Shown here: one piece after another, positions 63,797 to 64,000 of the stretch | Numbering within the stretch: the first letter of the stretch is position 1 | Layout of the letters: each line of letters opens with the position of its first letter | Assembly: GCA_040386535.1 (NCBI GenBank) | Contig: JAZKFH010000022.1 | Coordinates: 1 to 64,000 of the forward strand | DNA: 64,000 nt | Direction of reading: 5' to 3' | Origin: Myxococcota bacterium | GTDB taxonomy: Bacteria > Myxococcota_A > UBA796 > SXON01 | The notes under the pieces: generated by a model | The model's database searches: none | What the model saw: only the letters and a program-made list of their open reading frames with translations | Told to the model about the DNA's origin: nothing | Translations under genes and position numbers: made by a program

Positions 63797-64000
63797 TTGA
63801 TATCGCCCCCCTCTCCCCCGACGCGGCGCGGTCGCTCCTCGACTTCCGGGGCCGGAGCGCTGCCGCCTCTGCGTTCGCGGACGCCCAGCTGGAGGGGGCA
63901 GTCGCGCTACACAACATCCTCGCACGCGAGGGGTTTGCCTACCTCGCCGACGAGGTGGGGATGGGAAAGACGTACGTAGCGCTCGGGGTGATGGCCCTGC
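63793..64000 (+). CDS. SF2/SNF2-like helicase, 5' part only (runs off the window)
   Basis: The frame from GTG 63793 (GTGA overlap) reads VIDIAPLSPD...YLADEVGMGKTYVALG; absent from the ORF track because it has no stop in the window. Confidence 0.85.
   Translation, partial: MIDIAPLSPDAARSLLDFRGRSAAASAFADAQLEGAVALHNILAREGFAYLADEVGMGKTYVALGVMAL

Overview
GC-rich bacterial window (Myxococcota-like gene content, which is an inference) that is almost entirely a defence and signalling island. All domain calls come from reading motifs by eye; no database search was run. Left to right: (1) a CRISPR array of 18 full ~37-nt repeats ending ATTGAAAC plus one truncated repeat, interrupted by a 303-bp structured insert; (2) a five-gene, ATGA-coupled minus-strand module (Ser/Thr kinase, RodA/FtsW-PBP fusion, two FHA-like proteins, PP2C) lying between the array and the cas genes; (3) a type III-B operon cmr2(cas10)-cmr3-cmr1-cmr4-cmr5-cmr6 followed by Csx1-like CARF-HEPN, Can2/Card1-like CARF-nuclease and a Crn2/AcrIII-1-family ring nuclease, with no cas1/cas2/cas6 in the window; (4) a convergent four-gene operon DUF3800-like protein, ECF-sigma-like protein, putative anti-sigma, and a Lon(S16) protease-TPR fusion with no recognisable SAVED domain, which is the best candidate for an undescribed system; (5) a dynamin-like GTPase cluster; (6) peptide deformylase; (7) TerY-P triad + SF1 helicase + HEPN + coiled-coil McrB + DUF2357/McrC (CoCoNuT-like); (8) UvrD-nuclease, a degenerate HsdR-N-like gene and type III R-M Mod/Res; (9) a GrpE-like + Hsp70-like pair; (10) a DPLG-motif protein, a PLD-family protein and a SF2/SNF2 helicase cut off by the window end.
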